From the NCBI GenBank assembly GCA_029856365.1, contig JAHQWW010000069.1:1-20310 (forward strand): a stretch of 20,310 nt of DNA. The letters are read 5' to 3'. The position numbers and the translations under genes were made by a program. The notes under the pieces were generated by a model. That model had not been told where the DNA came from. It made no database searches and saw only the letters and a list, made by a program, of their open reading frames with translations. Of this stretch, positions 17,506 to 20,310 are shown in pieces (the stretch's first letter is position 1; every line of letters starts with the position of its first letter). The stretch is from Candidatus Hodarchaeota archaeon. GTDB taxonomy: Archaea; Asgardarchaeota; Heimdallarchaeia; Hodarchaeales; Hodarchaeaceae.

Positions 17506-17560
17506 TTTATATAAATTTGTCACACATGTCATACACGCGTTACAAGAATAGCGCGTCAAA
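17506..17560 (+). promoter_or_regulatory. TATA box followed by direct repeats (candidate operator) for the 17588..18951 gene pair
   Basis: TTTATATAAA at 17506-17515, then TGTCACACA (17518-17526), TGTCATACA (17527-17535), CGCGTTACA (17536-17544) and GCGCGTCAAA (17551-17560). Confidence 0.55.
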
Positions 17561-17587
17561 TTTGGAACACTAATTGAGGAATTTTTT

Positions 17588-18166
17588 ATGAGTGAATATG
17601 AATCAGAAAAAAATAACGACATTGAAAGTGAAGATGTGCAAAAAGAACCAAAAACCGAAGATGAAGGTTGGAAAGAAGGGAAATCTAAACTCAAAAATGT
17701 TACTATCCGTGGAATTGATAGTGATATCTATGACCAATTTTCATACAAGATTAGAAATCTACGAATGAATTTAGGAGAAGCCATTACAAAAATGATGAAT
17801 GACATCATTGTAGATTTAGATGACTCTCTAGATCATCTTCCTGCGTTACGGGCAAGAACCACATTCGATAATTTTACTCTTGAGAGGTTATCAATTAATC
17901 ACTATGATCGACTCAAGATTAGTCGAGCTGATCTCGAGGAAGCAAACGCACAAGTTAATTTCTCACATATTGATAAACTCATATTTCTTCCTGATGTGAC
18001 ACGAGAGGTTTTTACTCGATATGTAAAGAGTGTTACTCATTGTGGAATTGTTAGAATGCCATCAATTTTTCCTAAACTTATTATGTATTCTAAACTTCAA
18101 TTTTGTGATAGAATTGAAGTTTATAACGTAGAAGATGCCAATTCAAAGAATTCCTTTGAAGATTGA
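17588..18166 (+). CDS. Hypothetical protein: acidic N-tail, ribbon-helix-helix-like segment, C-terminal repeat domain
   Basis: ATG after GAGG; KNVTIRGIDSDIYDQFSYKIRNLRMNLGEAITKMM fits the RHH strand-helix-helix pattern; paralogous to the next gene. Confidence 0.8.
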   Translation: MSEYESEKNNDIESEDVQKEPKTEDEGWKEGKSKLKNVTIRGIDSDIYDQFSYKIRNLRMNLGEAITKMMNDIIVDLDDSLDHLPALRARTTFDNFTLERLSINHYDRLKISRADLEEANAQVNFSHIDKLIFLPDVTREVFTRYVKSVTHCGIVRMPSIFPKLIMYSKLQFCDRIEVYNVEDANSKNSFED

Positions 18167-18204
18167 TGAAGTTCTCTTTTCTATTTTAATGTGGGTGTGA
18201 TTTA

Positions 18205-18951
18205 ATGAGTGTGAAAGTAATCAATCCTACTCAACTAAAGGCTGAGTTATCAAAGGAGATTGAAACATATCGTAATCAAGTTCAGAAAAAAGAAGTATCT
18301 AAAGAGGAATTGGTAATTTTAGTAGAAAAAATACTCTTTGAACGAGAGATTCTCTTTAGCGAGATTGATGTCCTCAAAGAAGCACATAACAAATGGATAC
18401 GAAAATATGACTTGAATGAAGAATCTTTAAACCTTTTAATCAAAGAAATTGATGAATTGTTATACAATGATTTCTATAATTTATCAAAGAAGTTAGATTA
18501 TAATCCAGGAGAGCTTCTTACATCTTTGATGGAAGATTTTGTCTTGAAATTTAATGGGGCATTTCCTGACTTCTCAGCGGACAGTTTAAGAAAACTAATG
18601 AAGAGACAGGCAGAGATATCTGTCAGTCATCAGGATCAGCTTACAATTACGAACAAAGACCTCTTAGATCTATCAGAAACAAATATAATGATAAATTTCA
18701 ATTATATTGATACATTAGAGTTCGTTAATGTAGATTTAAAAACTTTTAAGGAGCTTGTTAACTCAATTAATCATTGCCATCTTGTAAGAGTGCCTGAAAC
18801 AATACCTAAATTGTTATTATATACGAAATGTCACCAATGTTCATATTTCGAATTTTTAGAGCAAGATCCTCACCCCAAACTAGATAGTAAGAAGTTAGAA
18901 TACGCCAGAGAGGCGAATAAAGTCGTTGCAGATTGGGGAAATGGTATTTAA
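18205..18951 (+). CDS. Hypothetical protein, paralogue of 17588..18166 with N-terminal helical/coiled-coil extension
   Basis: ATG after GGTGTGA; NLLIKEIDELLYNDF...NPGELLTSLM and SHQDQLTIT..DL...INFNYIDTLEF...HCHLVRVPETIPKLLLYTKC align to the upstream gene product. Confidence 0.8.
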   Translation: MSVKVINPTQLKAELSKEIETYRNQVQKKEVSKEELVILVEKILFEREILFSEIDVLKEAHNKWIRKYDLNEESLNLLIKEIDELLYNDFYNLSKKLDYNPGELLTSLMEDFVLKFNGAFPDFSADSLRKLMKRQAEISVSHQDQLTITNKDLLDLSETNIMINFNYIDTLEFVNVDLKTFKELVNSINHCHLVRVPETIPKLLLYTKCHQCSYFEFLEQDPHPKLDSKKLEYAREANKVVADWGNGI

Positions 18952-19163
18952 GCCTTAATTCCCATTCTATAGCTCTATTAACTCATGAAACAGTTTTCCT
19001 GTTATTCTTGAGAATTTAAAAGGGAGAGTAAAAAGAGAAACCCTGTATTTTTAGGAAGGTTATCCTTTTTATCCAGTTCTTAACAAAGGAAAATAACCTA
19101 GATTTTAGCACATTCAATGGAATAATTTTTATTTTTTTTCAATTTAAGAAATTGGTGCGAATT

Positions 19164-19790
19164 ATGGATATTCTAGTGGATGGTTTACATGATTACATGT
19201 TAGATTTGATAGAAGAAAAAAACCCCGTCCTAGTGGAAATGGAATTGTATGCTAAAAAACATGATTTTCCTATAATTAGTCCTCTCGTTGGCCGATTGCT
19301 GTATCAATATACCCGAGTTATTAATGCGAAAAGAATCCTCGAATTAGGGTCTGGATATGGCTATTCAGCCATATATTTTGCTAAATCCGCATCTGATGAT
19401 ACTGAAATAATCTGTATAGATGCTTCGGAAGAGAACAAGAATTTAGCTATTTCTTATTTTAAAAGATTGGTGATCACGAATATTAAATATATAGTGGGGG
19501 ATGCTCTTGAAGTCATCAACCAAATCCAAGGAGAATTTGACATAATTTTTAATGATGTTGACAAGAAGCAATACCCACAAGCTTTCAAGCAAGCAGTTCC
19601 TAAATTACGAAAAGGTGGCCTCCTTATCACGGATAATGCCTTGTGGTATGCCCGAGTTTTAGAATTGAAGCCTGAAAGAATAAGTACAAAGGGAGTAAAG
19701 GAGTATAATAAACTTGCATTTTCTGATCCGAGAGTATTTTCCACAATAATTCCTGTAGGAGATGGGATTTGTGTCTCAATTAAATTATAG
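19164..19790 (+). CDS. SAM-dependent O-methyltransferase (cation-dependent, CCoAOMT/COMT-like)
   Basis: RILELGSGYGYSA, GDALE, FDIIFNDVDKKQY, GGLLITDNALWY, IPVGDGI. ATG at 19164 after GGTG (ORF track TTG 19152). Confidence 0.93.
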   Translation: MDILVDGLHDYMLDLIEEKNPVLVEMELYAKKHDFPIISPLVGRLLYQYTRVINAKRILELGSGYGYSAIYFAKSASDDTEIICIDASEENKNLAISYFKRLVITNIKYIVGDALEVINQIQGEFDIIFNDVDKKQYPQAFKQAVPKLRKGGLLITDNALWYARVLELKPERISTKGVKEYNKLAFSDPRVFSTIIPVGDGICVSIKL

Positions 19791-19811
19791 AGAATCATTC
19801 TAGTGATAAGT

Positions 19812-20310
19812 ATGAAAAGATCCTTCAACAATCCTATCTACTCTGGTGCTTCTCCAGAGGAAATTGCATCAGATTTAGAACCACTAATAAATTTTCAGAA
19901 TCAGGGGATATCTTTAGAAAAACTTCAACAAATGATTGAAGAACGTCTATTACCACACCTTATACATTATGATCGTCCTGAATTTCAATCTCTGTTTAAC
20001 TTCTTTCCTGAGGAAGGTGCAAAATTTGGTGCAAGCATTGCTCTACAATATAATCAAGGAGTGACCAATTGGCAGGTTTCTCCTGGAGCAGTTATGTCAG
20101 AAGAACTATGCTGTAAAGCGCTTTGCCAATTGTTTGGACTCTCTTCTAACTCTGACGCGACTTTCATGTATTGTGGTACTTATTCCAACCAATCAGCTTT
20201 GTATTTAGCACTTCATTGGGCTGCAGAACAACATGGTTTTGATTTTGCTAAAAAAGGGGTACAAGGATTTGAAGATCCTTCTCGTTTGGTTGCAGTAACT
20301 TCTCGAGAAG
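19812..20310 (+). CDS. Group II pyridoxal-phosphate-dependent decarboxylase, 3' end outside window
   Basis: Hand translation from ATG 19812: MKRSFNNPIYSG...LLPHLIHYDRPEFQSLFN...YNQGVTNWQVSPGAVMSEELCCKALCQLFGL...ATFMYCGTYSNQSALYLAL...LVAVTSRE. This matches the NQ...W..SP..T.lE..., F..GGt.sN..AL and ..S..aH pattern of DDC/GAD/DABA decarboxylases. Not in the ORF track. Confidence 0.87.
   Translation, partial: MKRSFNNPIYSGASPEEIASDLEPLINFQNQGISLEKLQQMIEERLLPHLIHYDRPEFQSLFNFFPEEGAKFGASIALQYNQGVTNWQVSPGAVMSEELCCKALCQLFGLSSNSDATFMYCGTYSNQSALYLALHWAAEQHGFDFAKKGVQGFEDPSRLVAVTSRE

Noticed and set aside
2200-19831. Remaining short ORFs opposite recognised genes (e.g. 2200..2541, 3085..3330, 4131..4346, 5094..5282, 5663..5881, 7178..7366, 7664..8067, 9535..9887, 12336..13153, 14130..15722, 16124..16466, 17440..17694, 18282..18467, 19454..19831)
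   Set aside because: They overlap well-supported genes on the other strand and show no motifs or translation signals.
1-20310. CRISPR array, tRNA/rRNA, IS element or integrase
   Set aside because: No regularly spaced repeats, cloverleaf, GC-rich RNA island, transposase motif or terminal inverted repeats seen on reading.

Overview
AT-rich, gene-dense archaeal window (TATA-box promoters, GGTG/GAGG-type Shine-Dalgarno sites, frequent TTG starts, a PGF-CTERM-like surface protein). An Asgard/Heimdallarchaeia-like origin is my inference from style, not a tested assignment. I find 17 protein genes, two cut by the window edges and missing from the ORF track: an ArsB/NhaD/P-protein-type transporter (1..1497, -) and a group II PLP decarboxylase (19812..end, +). 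Most are metabolic: MeaB GTPase, an enolase-superfamily enzyme, SurE, an acyl-CoA ligase, a transglutaminase-like protein, a degenerate NadE homologue, an AbgB-type M20 amidohydrolase, an allantoinase-like amidohydrolase and an O-methyltransferase. Highlights: (1) one polypeptide fusing an SDR dehydrogenase, an SCP2 domain and a hydratase-2 double hot-dog, which is the domain set of eukaryotic peroxisomal MFE-2/HSD17B4 in permuted order; (2) a tandem pair of ribbon-helix-helix/repeat-domain paralogues behind a direct-repeat candidate operator; (3) two paralogous ~68-aa two-helix membrane proteins bracketing the enolase gene; (4) a NadE homologue lacking many catalytic motifs, 14 bp from a transglutaminase-like gene; (5) an unannotated relic of an ABC-exporter 3' end. 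I recognised no rRNA, tRNA, CRISPR array or mobile element.
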